Under the pieces are notes generated by a model, which did not search any database, was not told the origin of the DNA, and saw only the letters and a program-made list of their open reading frames with translations. Positions 1 through 13,049 of a stretch of DNA of 64,000 nt are shown here, piece after piece. The position numbers and the translations under genes are program-made. This DNA comes from Takakia lepidozioides (lineage: Eukaryota > Plantae > Bryophyta), in contig CM060733.1 in NCBI GenBank assembly GCA_030704615.1, positions 20,832,001 to 20,896,000 on the forward strand, read 5' to 3'. Position 1 is the stretch's first letter. Every line of letters starts with the position of its first letter.

Positions 1-499
1 CCTGACGTTGGGCCTTGACAAGTGCAGCCTCCGTTGCAGAGGAAGGGGTTGCTATGGGGGTGACATCCAAAAGTTGCCAACTGGGCCCCGAACGGGTGAT
101 GTGCTTGCCAAGGTACATTTCACCCGTCTGGGTGGCCGGGGTGTGCCTCAACTAAGCATCGGCTCAGCAACAACCTCCCGAATGGAGAGTTGGCTGAGCC
201 GGCCCCTGGCATATCCAAGATGGGGATACTGGCCTCGGGGGGCAGACGAGCCCTCTGGCTGCGGCTGTCGACGGGGCTGGTAAACCGTGAGACGCCCTTG
301 CGCGTCACACGTGCTGGCAGAGCAAACGGATTGTCCGCCCCTTTCTTTGGGGCAGGGGACTTCTTCTCTTTTCCCATAAGCTGGCACATGTCATGCAAAC
401 CCACAAGTTGGCCTCATTAGGAAACAACCTCTACATTCCAAATCGAAAACAAAAAAATCCAAGCATGTTGGGGGCTGAGAGCAGAAAGTGCTGGGGGTC

Positions 500-600
500 T
501 TGAGAGGGGGCAATAAAGAGAAAAGAAAAGGTGGGGGGGGGGGGGAGTGACTGAGCAGCAGCAGCAGCTGTTGAGCACCACCTGCTCAGTTTTTTGTTTT
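500..600. repeat. Palindromic junction ('hub') repeat, copy 1
   Basis: GAGGGGGCAATAAAG..GGGGAGTGACTGAGCAG...CTGCTCAGT; related sequence at ~18865-19010, ~22084-22175 and ~25054-25100. Confidence 0.65.
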
Positions 601-659
601 TTTTCTCGGTTTCCTGATCTCTCCTTCTCACTCCCTCTCTCCCCCTCTCTCTCCCTCTG

Positions 660-2105
660 TTACCTGGGTCTATGGAATTGTTATCCCGACTTCCATATTT
701 TTTGTGCTTAAAATCTGGGTTGCAGGGAAAACCGGATGAATTTCATCCGGGTTTCATCCGTTTTACCTTGGCACATATCTGATTTTTCATTACTGCCTAC
801 GATTTTTCAGTATAGCCTACCTTGATTTCATCCAGCCTATACCATAGCTGTGATGTGTTGAACCTTGGTGTAATTTCCCGATTTTTCTCATCCTACCTTG
901 ATGGAAATTGGAATCTGTCCGTCGGGTTCAAGGCTATGTTGGATGAAATTCATCCAGACAGTGGATGACTGTTGTGGCAAGACAAGGTAAGGTCCCTGCG
1001 CAACCCTATTTCTGCCTCTTGCGTTGAAGGATCGCGCAATGGCGGCATGGAGGAGGAGAAGGTGCTCGAGCTGCAGTTACGTTGAGTTGCGGCTCCTTGG
1101 GTTGTTTAAAGACTATATGAATGCCGCCCCTATGGATTCATTAAGGAGACGGCGGTTCTTTTGAGGTGAGTGAAGGCACTGTCTCATTTGTCTGCTTTTT
1201 TGTTGCACAAGGGAACAAAGGCAGTGATGGCGGAGGTACCACCTGCCTGCTTGTGAAGTTTCCTTAGGAGCCCTCCTCTGGATCTTTGATGAATGGCGGC
1301 GTCTTGGTAAAACAAAGAAGTCTCTCTCTCCCTCCCTTTATAAACCCTACCTTATGAGACAAAGCTCTTTTTTCTTGTGCTTGGCAAGACTTTGCTTTGG
1401 TTAAGGTAGCAGTGTTGTGGTGTTGGTGGAGACCTCCCTGCATGGTTGGGCTTGTGGAGAGATGGCGACCATCCCCCAAACAGTTAAAAAGGTTTTTTTT
1501 TTTTTTTTGTTTGTTTGTCTTGCTTCCCTACTTTCTTTGGCATTCTCTGTGATTAGATTCAAGTGTATTTGACCTCGATAGCAAGTGTGGAAGCCTGCTA
1601 CTCACCTCGTGCATCCTCACTAACTCACAATGCGTTGTGGTTGTTTTTGGGACGGGCATAGGTGAGGGCTTCCACTTAATATGCTGATTGCCAAGTGCTG
1701 CAGGGTACCATGAGGATTACAGAGGAGTGAAGATGGCGGCTGGCTGTGGATTCATCTTGAAATCTGAAAAACTAAACTACTCTATGTTTTTCATGATCCT
1801 ACCTCTATGTTTGATCTATGAAGGACATTATAGTGCTACTTGTGGTGGGTAATCCTTTCCAGATTGGTGGAGGGCCCCTGTTTTGCAATGATGGCTAAGA
1901 CTGCCTTGCCATGCCTTGCCTTGCCCCCAACCTGTCAGGTTAAGCATAAAGGCACTACAATGTATTGTTTACGGCAACCCTTTGGGTATCTTCCCGTGCA
2001 TTGTTTAAACCCTGCAATGGTGGCTGAGTTATGGTGGTTTGTGTGGGACACATACATCAGTTTTTAGGCCCTGATTTGCTTTGTCTCCGGTCTGTTAGGG
2101 TAAAC

Positions 2106-2107
<2 letters not shown>
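660..2107 (+). mobile_element. Unclassified modular repeat, subtype B copy 1, left part (split by the LINE; continues at 13782-14886)
   Basis: Long similarity to 19020-20400 (e.g. 1200-1810 vs 19650-20250); TTCATCC/GGATGAA palindrome array at 730-970; structured motif at 1583-1677. Confidence 0.8.

Positions 2108-2164
<57 letters not shown>
2108..2164. repeat. (GA)n microsatellite, read as the (TC)n 3' tail of the minus-strand LINE
   Basis: Pure GA run lying between the LINE 3' UTR and the left copy of the candidate TSD. Confidence 0.85.
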
Positions 2165-2167
<3 letters not shown>

Positions 2168-2321
2168 CTCCGGCCGAGGCCGGCGTAACTAAGAGCCACT
2201 TCGCCTTGCGGCTACTGCCCCATTTCGGGGGTGGGCCCTATAACAAAAAAGTGTCCAAGGGGACACCAGGTGACCGCTAAGAATAGAGGGGGCGAGGGTA
2301 CCCCTGGGTATCCTGGTGGGC

Positions 2322-3216
2322 CTAAGGTGCGTTTGAAGTGTCGGATTCCAGTTGGCGTTTGTTGGTGATAATAGCTGTGAATGAATGGAGTGTCGTGAGA
2401 TGGATTTCTTTGAAACATTTGTGGATGGGAAGAATGGGAATTTGGAAGTTATCGTGTATGTCCGTGATACTGGCGTTATGAATGCCACCTCGAGTGCCGG
2501 CTGTGATGACAGTTAACGGGCCGGTTTTCCAGCCACGCCTTCGGAGTGCAAGGATAAGCGGGGCATATTTTTTACGTTTTTCTAAGATTGAATCGTTTGG
2601 ATAACGATCATGGCAAAATTTGAATTCAATGAAATGGATGGTGAGTTGTGGGGATGGTGAGGTGGGGGGTAAAGTATTGATAGGTAAACCTTGGACAGAG
2701 TATGTCCGGGCAAAGTCGAGCGGGGCATGAGCATGGTGATTGGGTACATATGCATGGTAGTAGCCACGGTGGTACTGTGTGGTCGGGTGGCCGTCCCTGG
2801 TAGGTGCCTGCATTCATGAGCGAGAACCAACGGGTTTTAGCACGTTTTACAAAGAGCTTGTGGAAGTGCCAGACTGTTTGGTTATGACCCGTGATATGCA
2901 AGCCATGTATAACTGGGTGTGTACATTGGATGAGGAGATGTGGCCAAGTGTCACGAGCTTGGTGGGTGGTTGCACATAACGGGCAGTATGGGGATGGGAA
3001 CAGATGTGGCCAGAAGATGTGTTTGCGCTGGTGGCCCATGTATTGGGGATATCGGAATTTGAGTGTTTGTCGGATTTGTGCGTCGGTGGTGGCTTTGGTT
3101 AGCCAGAAATGATTGGAGAGTTTATGGTGCAGTACATTGGATCGAGTCCATTTTTGGATGTGTACTTTGGTATGGCTGATGGAGGTTGCCGCTTGTTTAT
3201 TTGCTTCTCTGGTCAA
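2322..3216 (-). pseudogene. LINE C-terminal CCHC zinc knuckle plus restriction-like (PD-(D/E)xK) endonuclease
   Basis: CPLC..DTWPHLLIQC..GHN, RLCPDIL, then after a frameshift IHFIEFKFCHDRYP..KRKKYAPLILAL..GW..VITAGTRGGI. Confidence 0.8.
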
Positions 3217-3339
3217 AGTGGTCAGGAGGTTTCGGATTGGTCTGGGTGCAGGGGGGTCCAGAACGGGGTGTATGAACCAGAATGGATGGGTGTGGGCAAT
3301 GTGAATAGGGTCGTTCGAGGGTTCAACTATGGGTTGGGA

Positions 3340-3735
3340 GGCGCCGAGTTGGGCGAGTAGGTCTGCTTCTTCATTACCATGGATGCCAATATGCGAATGG
3401 ACTTTGAGTATATGGACTGGGTGGCCTAGGGAGATGGCCCTCTGGACAATAGTGGCAATGAGGTTGCGGTCGGGGTGATGATGATGGGCAAAGGGGTGGG
3501 AGATGTGGTTGCGAATGAGGAATAGTGAGGTAAGGCTATCGGTGAAGATGTAGTGTGGGGGGGGGAGGTATCAAGTAAAGAGAGGGCATCATGAATGGCC
3601 ATGAGTTCAGCCCGGAGGATGGTGGCAGGACCAGGGAGCCTGAGGGCAACGCCTTGACTGGTGCCGACGTGATAGATTCCATATCCTGCGTTGGGTTTGG
3701 TGAGGGATCTGTCAGTATAATGTGAATTGGCTAGT
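3340..3735 (-). pseudogene. LINE RNase H domain (frameshifted)
   Basis: HYTD(R)S..GYGIYH..TILRAELMAIHDAL, FTDSLTSL and KVHSHIGIHGNEEAD read across frames. Confidence 0.85.
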
Positions 3736-4841
3736 GGGTATTTGGGGATAGTGTTTTGGTGATATATTGCAGGGATTGGGGGTAGAGGTGTTGTTGGCAC
3801 GACCTGGGAAGGGCGTGGTGTCGCAATGTTCCAAGCTTTATTGGTTTTGATCCGGGACAATATGGTGGGTGTATGGGTGTGGGAGAGGATGGTTGGATAA
3901 TGGATGGTGGCCTTTGTTTTATGAGTGATGGTGAGCAATTGTTCGAGCTGAGAAAAGAAAGATGGCGGTATAGCTGTATGCCGGGGTTTTTGGATGTGTA
4001 GAAGCAGGGTTAGGGTGGGTTCCTTCCGTTTGAGATATTTGGGAAAATGAGGGGTATGAAAATACTTAAGCTGGTTTGGGTCAATTGTGGCGAGTAGATT
4101 GACCCATTCTGGGAGTTGTAGAAGAGGATGAGAGATATTAGGAGTGTTTTGTTGTGTGAGGATGAGGATTGTGGATACAGTAGGAGAGGAGTGCGCAACA
4201 AGTTTTGCCCATTGAAGAGCTTTGTGGGAAGGAGAACCAGGTGGAGGGTGGGCAAGGCCCCGACCTTCCCAGGTGTGCTGAGTGGTTGTACCAGTGGCTC
4301 CAAAGATACAGTCTCTGTGGTGCGGGCTAGAGAATGTGGGCAATGCCATAGGGCATGTCAGTGGGTTGGAGTAATATGAGTGAGTAAGCTGGAATGAATT
4401 GATAAGTAAGGAGAGAATATCTTGGGGTATAGTATGGTGCGCACATGTTGTTTCCAATTTAGTAAGGGACTGTGGTTTCTTGGGGGGAGTGTCTTTGAGG
4501 TAGCGATCAATCAGCCAATATAATTCGGTAGCAAAGTCTTGTTTCGGGGGTTGTAGCGATTGTGGGGATGAGGTAGTAGTAGAGTATTTTTCCCATAGCC
4601 ACGTTAGTCTTGTATTGGGGATGAGGCCAACGAAGTGGCCATGTTGAGCGTAAATGTTGGAAAGGCGGGGGCCCATGTGGATTAGAGGTCGATCATGCTT
4701 GACATCTTTGTCAGAATTACATTCAGTTATGCAGATGTGCACGTTGGGGGCATAGAGTGGTTGGTGTATATATCTGTTATTTGTAGGTTGGGCGGGAGTG
4801 GTGTGTTGTTGGTGCATAAGTGTTAGATAGTTGGTGTTGGT

Positions 4842-5055
4842 TTATTTATGGAAGGTGGTGAGGAGGGCAAGATTGTGTTCGAGGTCACAATCGTCATGTA
4901 GACCGAAGAGGTCGTCTTCTATCTGCCATGTGTTGTCTGCGGAAGAGTACCCAGCCCATTGACAGTGATAGTATGTATCAATGCAGGTGGCTCCAAAGGC
5001 ATCAATGGACGTTTGGGTTTTAACTCCTAGTATAGCTTCAATGATGTAAGCATTG
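4842..5055 (-). pseudogene. Chromodomain within LINE ORF, between RT and RNase H
   Basis: YIIEAILG...YYHCQWAGYSSADNTWQIEDDL matches the chromodomain pattern Y-x-VE-x-I...Y-x-VKW-x-GY...NTWEPE..L. Confidence 0.75.
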
Positions 5056-6002
5056 TTATTTTCGTTGTATTGTGGTGAAGATGGGAGGGATGGTGCGGTG
5101 GTGAGGGGGGTCTGGGATCCTTGCCTAGTAGGTGAGGGATTGGATGGTGTATGCAAGTGGCGGATAGGTTCAGGGTGTTGTGTGTTAGTTACTTGAGAGG
5201 GGAAATCAAATTCTATGTCTGTTTGGGTATTGGTGGCATATGTTGTTTTGAGTGTTTAGTAGATGGAGGTAGTAGGGGTAGAACAGTATTGGGGGAGCAG
5301 GTCTTGAGCCGTATGCGGATAGTAGAGGCATGGGAGGTCACATTGTAGAGTGCAGGCGGTCGAGGGATGGCAGAAGAGGGTACGAAGATGATGTAGGTAG
5401 CGATTGGTTTTGGTCGTGGCTCGGGAGAATTTAAGAGTGAATTCGCTAGGTTTTAAAAGTCTAAGGCCAGTGGCGGTAGTAAGTTGGGTGAGGGTGGTGA
5501 TGTGTCGTTCTTTGAAATATGTGAGGATGAGGACCTTTTGTTTGGGATAAGAAATGTCAAATTGTGGTAGAGAAGGGCTTGTAAGCCATGTGCGTTCTAA
5601 GGATGATGAGGTATTAGGATAGTCAGGCAGATCAGTTTGTATGTTAATTTTCATTTGGCGCACGATGAGTAGTGTGCGTGCAGTGGGGGAGTGTAGGCAG
5701 GCTTGTGGGTGCATGGATGATAATGAGTATAGGCCATTGTATTTAGATGTAAGGTATTTGAGAAGTCCATGATGAATGATACCTAGACGCCCAGAATTGT
5801 TGAGTGCTTCTTTTAATTGGGTCCTAATGTGCGAGCATATGAGATGATTAATGGGCCCGTAGTGGTCCGTAGGTAGTTGTGTGAGGGCATTGGAGGTACT
5901 AGTTGGTAGACCACATACACGTTTTGTTAGCTGGATAATACTTTTATCAAGTTTTTTCATGTCTGATAAGGAGAAGGGTGTGGCGTGGAACGAGTATTGA
6001 AT

Positions 6003-7274
6003 TTATGTTTGTAGTACTGATTGAATAATTGATAGTTTTGGTCGAATGACAATTGGGGATTTGAGCAGAGCAATACTTTTGGTAGTGAGTTTGGATGATG
6101 TATATTCTTTTTTAATATGCCAAGTAAGGAAGGGAACGAGTTGTATGCCTAAGTAAGTGTATGGCTCGTCTAGTCCTAGGAAGGGGAAGTGTGTGTTTTG
6201 GTAGTGTATATAGAGTTTATAATGTAAGGCTATGGCAGTTTTGGTGAGCCGACTATGATGTGTGGCGGCTGTGATGACACACTTGTGTAAGCTGAGTTCC
6301 ATGCCTGACCATAGGTTGAATCTGAGTAGTTTATTAACTTGTCGGTTGAGGTGTTGTGGTTTATGTGCCAGGATGGCTAGGTCGTCTGCATATGCTGCAG
6401 CTGAGATGTCACTTAAGGAGGTTTTGTAGTAATAGCCAAGCTTGCCTTGAGCTAGCCATCGAAGTAGGGGTTCTAGGAAGATAATAAATAGGTAGGGGCT
6501 TAAGGTGTCACCCTGGATAGTTCCACGAAGGATGGGGATAGGCGGGGTGGAGCCATAGTATGTGCCAAAGTATGCAGTAGCTGTTTGTGTAGATGTTTCC
6601 TATTAGTTGGACGGCATCGGTGGGGTACCCAAGATCAAGCATGATAGCAAGTAATCTGGCATGGTCTAGGGAGCCGAAGGCATTTTTAAAATCGATATAT
6701 AGAAGATAGATGTCTTGCTTTGTAAGTTTAGCATCTTCAAGTGCGGAGAGAACATATTGTATTGTTGTGTGTACTACATGTAGCTCGGAATCCTTCTTGG
6801 GGGTCACTAAGAATTTGGTGTTGCTCGCCATATCTTGATAACATTGTGGTGAGCGTACTGGTGAATAGCTTGTATATGGTGTTGGCCAGTGCTATGGGTC
6901 TGTAATTACTGAGATTTGTAGGATCGCCTTTTTTGAAAAGTAGACTGGTCCGGCTGTGTTTCCAGGAATGTGGGATTCGTTTTAGTTTGTAACAGAGTTG
7001 AAAGAATTTAAAAAGGAGATAGTGAAGTTGAGGGTTTAATGCTTGAAGTATAGCATTGGGTATAAGATCGGGGCACGGGGCTTTAGATTTTGATAGTTTT
7101 TTTAGACGTGATTCATAAAGATCAATTGTGAATAGGTCTATGATGCGATCCATGGGGGATCCTCTATTGTCAATCGAGAAGCCATCTATATCATACCACG
7201 GATAGTGTTTAGTTTTACACATGCAATTTGGCAGAGTGGAGACGGGGATGTAAGCAGTTTGGAACTGCAGGTGT
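6003..7274 (-). pseudogene. LINE reverse transcriptase (frameshifted)
   Basis: KSKAPCPDLIPN, NYRPIALANTIYKLFT, QEGFR, YIDFKNAFGSLDH, QGDTLSPYLF, AYADDLAI, YTYLGIQL. Confidence 0.95.
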
Positions 7275-8089
7275 CACTACAACAGATCATGGCTTTAACA
7301 TCTGCCACATTTGCCCAGTCGTAGCATATATGTCTACAAAATGCAAGGGGGCAGTCCTGGATGCCAATTGTGACCACCAGAAGACGTATATGCCACTGTG
7401 TGCCTCCGCCACGTCAGGATCTGCGGTCAAACAAATTTGACCAAATAGATTGAGATAGTAGATACGACTACGAGTCATGGCCACAACTACACTATGATGA
7501 CATGGATATTGCAAAATATGCCTGCTAGTATTCACGACTGCACGTGGCGATCGTTGGTTGCCCAAGGAATGTCTATGTGGAAAATGCAAAGATAAATGGA
7601 TGAAATAGAACGAGGATGTGATTGCAAATTGACGACGTGTCTACATATCATTGCGCGCGTGGTTGAAATATTGTGGTGTATTGGATGCAAGTGCATCTAA
7701 CGGCTGCAAATGATACGACTTCGAGGGTGACATCGACTTACAGGTGATTTATTTTAAATTGTAAGCGGTTTCAATAACTTCACTAGCAACTCCACAATTA
7801 TATTTTAAATTCATATTATTTGAGATATATATTAGTAATTAAATAAAATATACAGTCGTTTTAACCGTGACTCATTTAATGACTATGAATATATATATAC
7901 AAATATATAAAGCTAAAAATACCTTTATATGACATAAAATATATAATCATTTTATATATTGTTAGGGTGCAATACGTTCAAAACATTCAAAAGATTGGCT
8001 CGAATTTAGGGTTGCTAGGTCGCAGAGAGTGCAGGGGACTTAGTGTTTTTTGCGGGCTGCGTCTTCCTAGTGCCAAAGCATCGCGATAG

Positions 8090-10135
8090 CACTCCTCCAT
8101 GGGTCAAGACACAAGGTCGAGGACAATGTGGTGAGGGCACCTTCTTCTTCGACCTATTTCAGCCTGTTTTGCCCTCTCATCAGACTCGGCCCTGCATTTG
8201 CAGCACGGAGCAGAGCTGGCATGAGTTTTTGAAAGATCCTTCACGCTGGTGGGACAACCGTAATCGGAAGGTGTGGCTTTTTCTCAATGTACGATGTGAA
8301 GAAGTTTGTCCATCCTGCAAATGTGCTCTCGGCTCCTGTTAGTACCATGATTTGGTATTCTTCCTGATGTTTACAAGGTTCTTGGGAGAGTCAGCTTGGT
8401 CTTAGCAGGTCGTGTTTCAATCTCTGCCCGCTCAGTTGCACCGTGGTGGTTCTCATGGACCAATCCGACATTATCTGACTACGGACACAAGCAACACACA
8501 CGAGGTCCTCTTGGTTTCATGGTCAGTCCAATCCTCCATGGGTCAAGACACAAGGTCGAGGACAATGTGGTGAGGGCACCTTCTTCTTCAACCTATTTCT
8601 GCCTGTTTTACCCTCTCATTAGACTCGGCCCGAGATGCATATTTAATTCTATAAGTTAGCTGGTTGGGTGGATTTGTGGTGGTTAGGAGTGACTTTGACA
8701 AGCTACTGCCGATGTGGCAGCAAGAATGTATCCAAAAACAGATAACATAGATGAGGAGAAGCTTGTTGGTGCATCGATGGTGGTTTTGGAGTGATTTTGA
8801 CATGTTGTTGTAGGTAGGGTTAGGGCGTCAGTGTCAGCTGCAGCTAGCTGCAGCAAGGCTGAGGATGTATTCACGATTTGTACACAGGCATGGATAGTTG
8901 AAGGAGTGTAGGGATAGATTGTGGTTCCAGATTCATCCAAGATTCCCGGATTTCAAGCTCTTCCCTATGGAGGATAGCTACAAGAAACAGATGGTCAACT
9001 AGCACTGGCACTGCTAGTGCAATATCAACTAGCACTGCTAATGAAGGCACCTTCTTCAACACATTTCAGCCTGTTTTTCTCTGTCATCAGAGTCGTCCCT
9101 CAATTTTCCATGTTGAATTCTGCAAGTTAGCTCCTTGATGGATCTCTGGTGGTTTTCGAGTGATTTTGACATGTTTTGGAGTGATTTTGACATGTGACAG
9201 GTTCATGGCTGGAGTTCTTCAGCTTGTTTTGCCCTCTCATCAGACTTGGCCCCGAGATGCATATTGAATTTTGTAAGTGAGCTCGTTGGGATGGATGTGT
9301 GGTGGCCGTTTAGAGTGACTTTGACAAGTTAATGCCGATGTGACTACAGGAAAGTGTCGAAAAACAGATAACAGAGATGAGGAGAAGCTTTGGGCAGACT
9401 TGGCCCTGACATGCATATTGAATTCTGTAAGTTAGCTCGTTGGATGGATCTCTGGTGGTTTGGGGTGACTTTGACAAGTCTCTACTGATGTGGCAGCAGG
9501 AAAGTATCTGCGTGGGTGGATGGTCAACTGGAAACAGCAGGGGCAGCAACACGATTGGTAGAACAAGGCATTGCTAATGACGGTACCTTCTTCAACACAT
9601 TTCACCCTTGTCGTGTTTCAATCTCTACCCGCTCAGTTGCACAGTGGTGGTTCTCACGGACCAATCCGACATTACCTGATTACAGACACAAGTAGCACAC
9701 ACAAGAGGTCCTCTTGGGTTCATGGTCAGTCAAATCCTCCATGGGTCATGACACAAGGACGAGGACAATGTGGTAAAGATACCTTCTTCTTCGACCTATT
9801 TCAGCTTGTTTTTCCCTCTCATCAGACTCAGCCCTGAATTTGCATATTAAATTCTGTAAGTTAGCTCGTTGGGTGGATTTGTGGTGGTTTGAAGTGACTT
9901 TCACAAGTTATTGCCGATATGGCAGCAGGAAAGTACCCAAAAACAGATAACAGAGATGAAGAGAAGCTTTGGAATGAACGCTTTTCCGACCTGGAGGAGC
10001 AGGGATGGAGTGTGGGTCCAGATTCATCCAAGAGGGCTAGATCTGAAGCTCCAGATTACCTATGATTCGATGTGGAAGGATAGGTACAAGAAACCTGCAT
10101 GGGTAGATGGTCAACTGGTAGAAGTGATGGATGGG
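8090..10135 (+). pseudogene. Scrambled, repeated exons encoding OSB-type PDF motifs and linkers
   Basis: SWHEFLKDPSRWWDNRNRK|GT; PDYRHK..EVL.W..GQSNPPWVKTQ; IHPRGLDLKLQITYDSMWKDRYKKPAWVDGQL. Confidence 0.75.
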
Positions 10136-10154
10136 ATGGAATAGCAATGGACAG

Positions 10155-10250
10155 GTGGGCGATGCATTTTGAAGATGGACCATGCACCACTGTGTTTGGG
10201 TTGTCAACTGTGTTGGAGCTCGTAACTACAAGTTCTTCCTTCTTTCTTTG
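10155..10250 (+). pseudogene. Captured exon of a DHHC protein S-acyltransferase
   Basis: After an AG acceptor: GRCILKMDH(frameshift)HCVWVVNCVGARNYKFFLL. Confidence 0.85.
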
Positions 10251-11559
10251 CTATTTTGTGATCATAATACTAGCATCAGCAGGCATTGCAGCCAAAACCA
10301 AGTTCGACATTTTCTCTTACTTTGATTCATGGCAGCGGATTACCTTTGATGGCATCACTCAAGGGTTTATGGTGTGTTCCACTTCCTTCTTTTGACCCTC
10401 CATATCTTTACCAGTGGCGCTCTTAGGCTATTCCTCATATTTTTCGAGGACATGCACTTGCCTGTGTTTCATGGCTGAAATGGGTAGCGGAATGAGTGAA
10501 TGACGCCTCTTTGCCATGAAAGTATCTGGTTGAGTTGAGTTTTTGCAAGATTGGTGAAGATCCTTACAGATGAAAGGTTTTTAGGGGAACCTAGGTGCAG
10601 AGTTCTTCATCTGTTTGCTGTGTTGAAGGAGGTGATGGTAGGAAAAGCATGTATAGCATGTATGCTCAGCACCTTGTACTGATTGATGCACTGAACTTGT
10701 GTGTGGGGGCTGGTTGGACAGTCCTTCGTACTATTCTGGACGTATCCTACCAAAATAATGGTCTTGGAAATTCTAGGTTATGTTGGTGGATGTCTGGCTC
10801 TGTTTTGCTGCATGTCTATACCTTTGTCATTGACAATACTTTGGCTTCTGAAGGAGTAAACTAGAGTAACTTCTTTAGCGAGACATGCATGTGTGATGAT
10901 CCTGGCCTACAGCTGTGCCCTTGACATTACTCAGATTTGCTTATGACATTGTTCATATTTTCTAGCGCTACTGAAGCTGCATGGATGAAGCTTCTTCAAC
11001 ACAGCCGATGGAGTCTTCATCATAGTATGGAAAATTGGAATCTTCAAAAGACAGCCCGGGAACATGAGTCATGCTAATTCCAGCAGTAGGTAGCAATGGG
11101 GAAAAGGAGGTCAAGGCATAAAATGGTGTGGCATTGGTTGCGGACAACACAACAACTATTGAGGTGCACCATGTGACAACCCTGTGTTAGGCCTCCTTCA
11201 TTCAGCCGAACAATTTCCATTTTATTGCAGACACTCGTTGTCCTTTTCAACCAATTTGTCACATTGTCTTTTTGGGGACACTGGTCATAAGTACTTGATC
11301 CAGGCTGTATGAGATAGCTAGACAAATTGAGCTGAGATATGGATCCGTGCTATCCAACCACACCGATAAAATTGAAGCTATAGTATGAGCTTCAGTTCAA
11401 GTATCCCATCAGTTTGTAAGGATCTCTCTGAGTGGTATTGACTGTTTGTAATTCAGCATCTCATGCCTGAGTTCCATCTTTTGTTAAATGTGGTCAGGCA
11501 TATGAAAAAAAAGGCTTCCACAGAGGCATTTCAGCAGATTCAGATACATATGTCAGTCT

Positions 11560-11685
11560 CTTGCTTGAGTGCATCAAGATGGAAGGTCTGGAAGCTGGAA
11601 AGCAGGTGCACACTCACATTATCCAAAGTGGATTCACATCAAATGTTTTTCTACTCAACACCCTTGTCAACATGTATTAAGTTCA
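11560..11685 (+). pseudogene. PLS-PPR L/S motif fragment
   Basis: LLECIKMEGLEAGKQVHTHIIQSGFTSNVFLLNTLVNMY*; similar DNA at 59775-59840. Confidence 0.8.
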
Positions 11686-13049
11686 CCATGGCAGCCTGGA
11701 CACAGTCATGTATACGACTGCCTCCCATCCAAAGACCCTCTCCACGTGGCACTTTCATTGTACCCACTTGTTTGCCCGTACCCGTGCCACGTGCGGTATC
11801 CGGAGTCCGCCCCTCGAAGTCATATGTTCCAGTCATAACGACCACTCCCATTATGCATAAATTGATGCCACGTGTTGTCCTGGGGTTAAACTGCGAAAGT
11901 CATACATGCCAGTTTTGGAAGACCCCCTCTCTTCACCCTGTCGTGCCACGTGTCATGCCCGGTATTGTCCACGTGTTGTCATGGGGTTAATCCGCAAAAG
12001 TTGTATATGCCAGTAGTGAAGATCTTGTCGCCTTCCCTTTGTCGTGACACGTGACATATCCCTTCTGTTCCACGTGAAGCTGACATGGATTCGCAGTCAT
12101 TTACTACGGTCTTATCAATGACTATGATTAGGCGTCCCTGTTGCCACATCAACAGTGAGCTCCACGACTGGCAGATACGACTCTATGGTGCTTACGACTC
12201 ATTTGTCACAACTGACTGGGTTTATCTGACTGGGCAGTCATGTAGTCATAAAAGGCTGATACGACTGGAAAATACCAGACATAAAAGCCGGATTTTCTAC
12301 TAGTGTGTGTATGTTGAGGATGCTTGTGATCATATTTCTTGGTTGATGTCCGCTGGATTGGTTAGCAAGTGGCCGTGTCTGTGTTTGAGACAGTTCATGG
12401 GTGGGTTGAGGGCAAGTTTAAAGATGGCTTTGTGAGCTTTTTTGGGGTGGTCGCGTAGCAATTGGTTAAAAGAGGAGACGAATTTTTTGTGATTGTCGAC
12501 GGCTTTTTGTTTGGTAATATTGTAAGCGGCTTTTTTGGCATCTCTGCCAACTTTGGAGAGAGCAGCTGTTCATTTTGGAATATCTTGGGGATTGGCAGGT
12601 GGTGGCATTAGTGCTTGACACGTTGTTAAGGTATTTAGGCAGGTGATACGTGGATCCGATGTCCAGTTGTTCCCCTGGTGAATGGGGGTAGTGGTGGGTA
12701 TAATAGCGAGGGCACGCCTGATCGTGTGGTATGTGTTAAGATGTGATGTCCATATACGTTTTTGAGTACGGGTAAAGTAGCCACCATTTTGTTTTGAGCG
12801 TGCAGTTTGTGGGATTTCAGGGGGGGCAGAGTAGGTGGCAATCACACTTTTGGTCATTTCTTGTATTGAAGTTGTGAGTATGGTCTCGGCGTTGTTCCAT
12901 GCTTTGTCAGGGGACTGCGTGAGGTTTGCTTCGGAGAGTATATTGTAGAGTCTTGGCATGAGGTATAAGGATATTGGCTAGAAATGTTTTAGAAAGGCGA
13001 TTATATTATTGTGGGGAAATGGGGATAAGATTCTAGATTGCGGCAGTGG

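Larger units (their letters stand above)
7275..12305. mobile_element. Non-autonomous Pack-CACTA element 1 (5031 bp)
   Basis: Starts CACTACAACAGATC and ends TTTCTACTAGTG; 3-bp TSD TGT (7272-7274, 12306-12308); imperfect longer TIR similarity; CCACGTG-type subterminal repeats; removing it rejoins the LINE reading (QASSTYT|PAVPNC). Confidence 0.9.

Noticed and set aside
1-430. Short overlapping ORFs at the window start
   Set aside because: No recognisable motif and truncated by the window edge
1583-1677. Hammerhead or HDV-like ribozyme, or a recursive AG|GT splice point, for the structured motif
   Set aside because: No CUGANGA/GAAA core; TCCTCAC is not closed by an HDV P3 stem; AG|GTGAG occurs only in subtype B copies
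11090-11200. Secretory phospholipase A2-like fragment (KWCGIGC..PCD)
   Set aside because: Too short, contains a stop and lacks the DxCCxxHD motif
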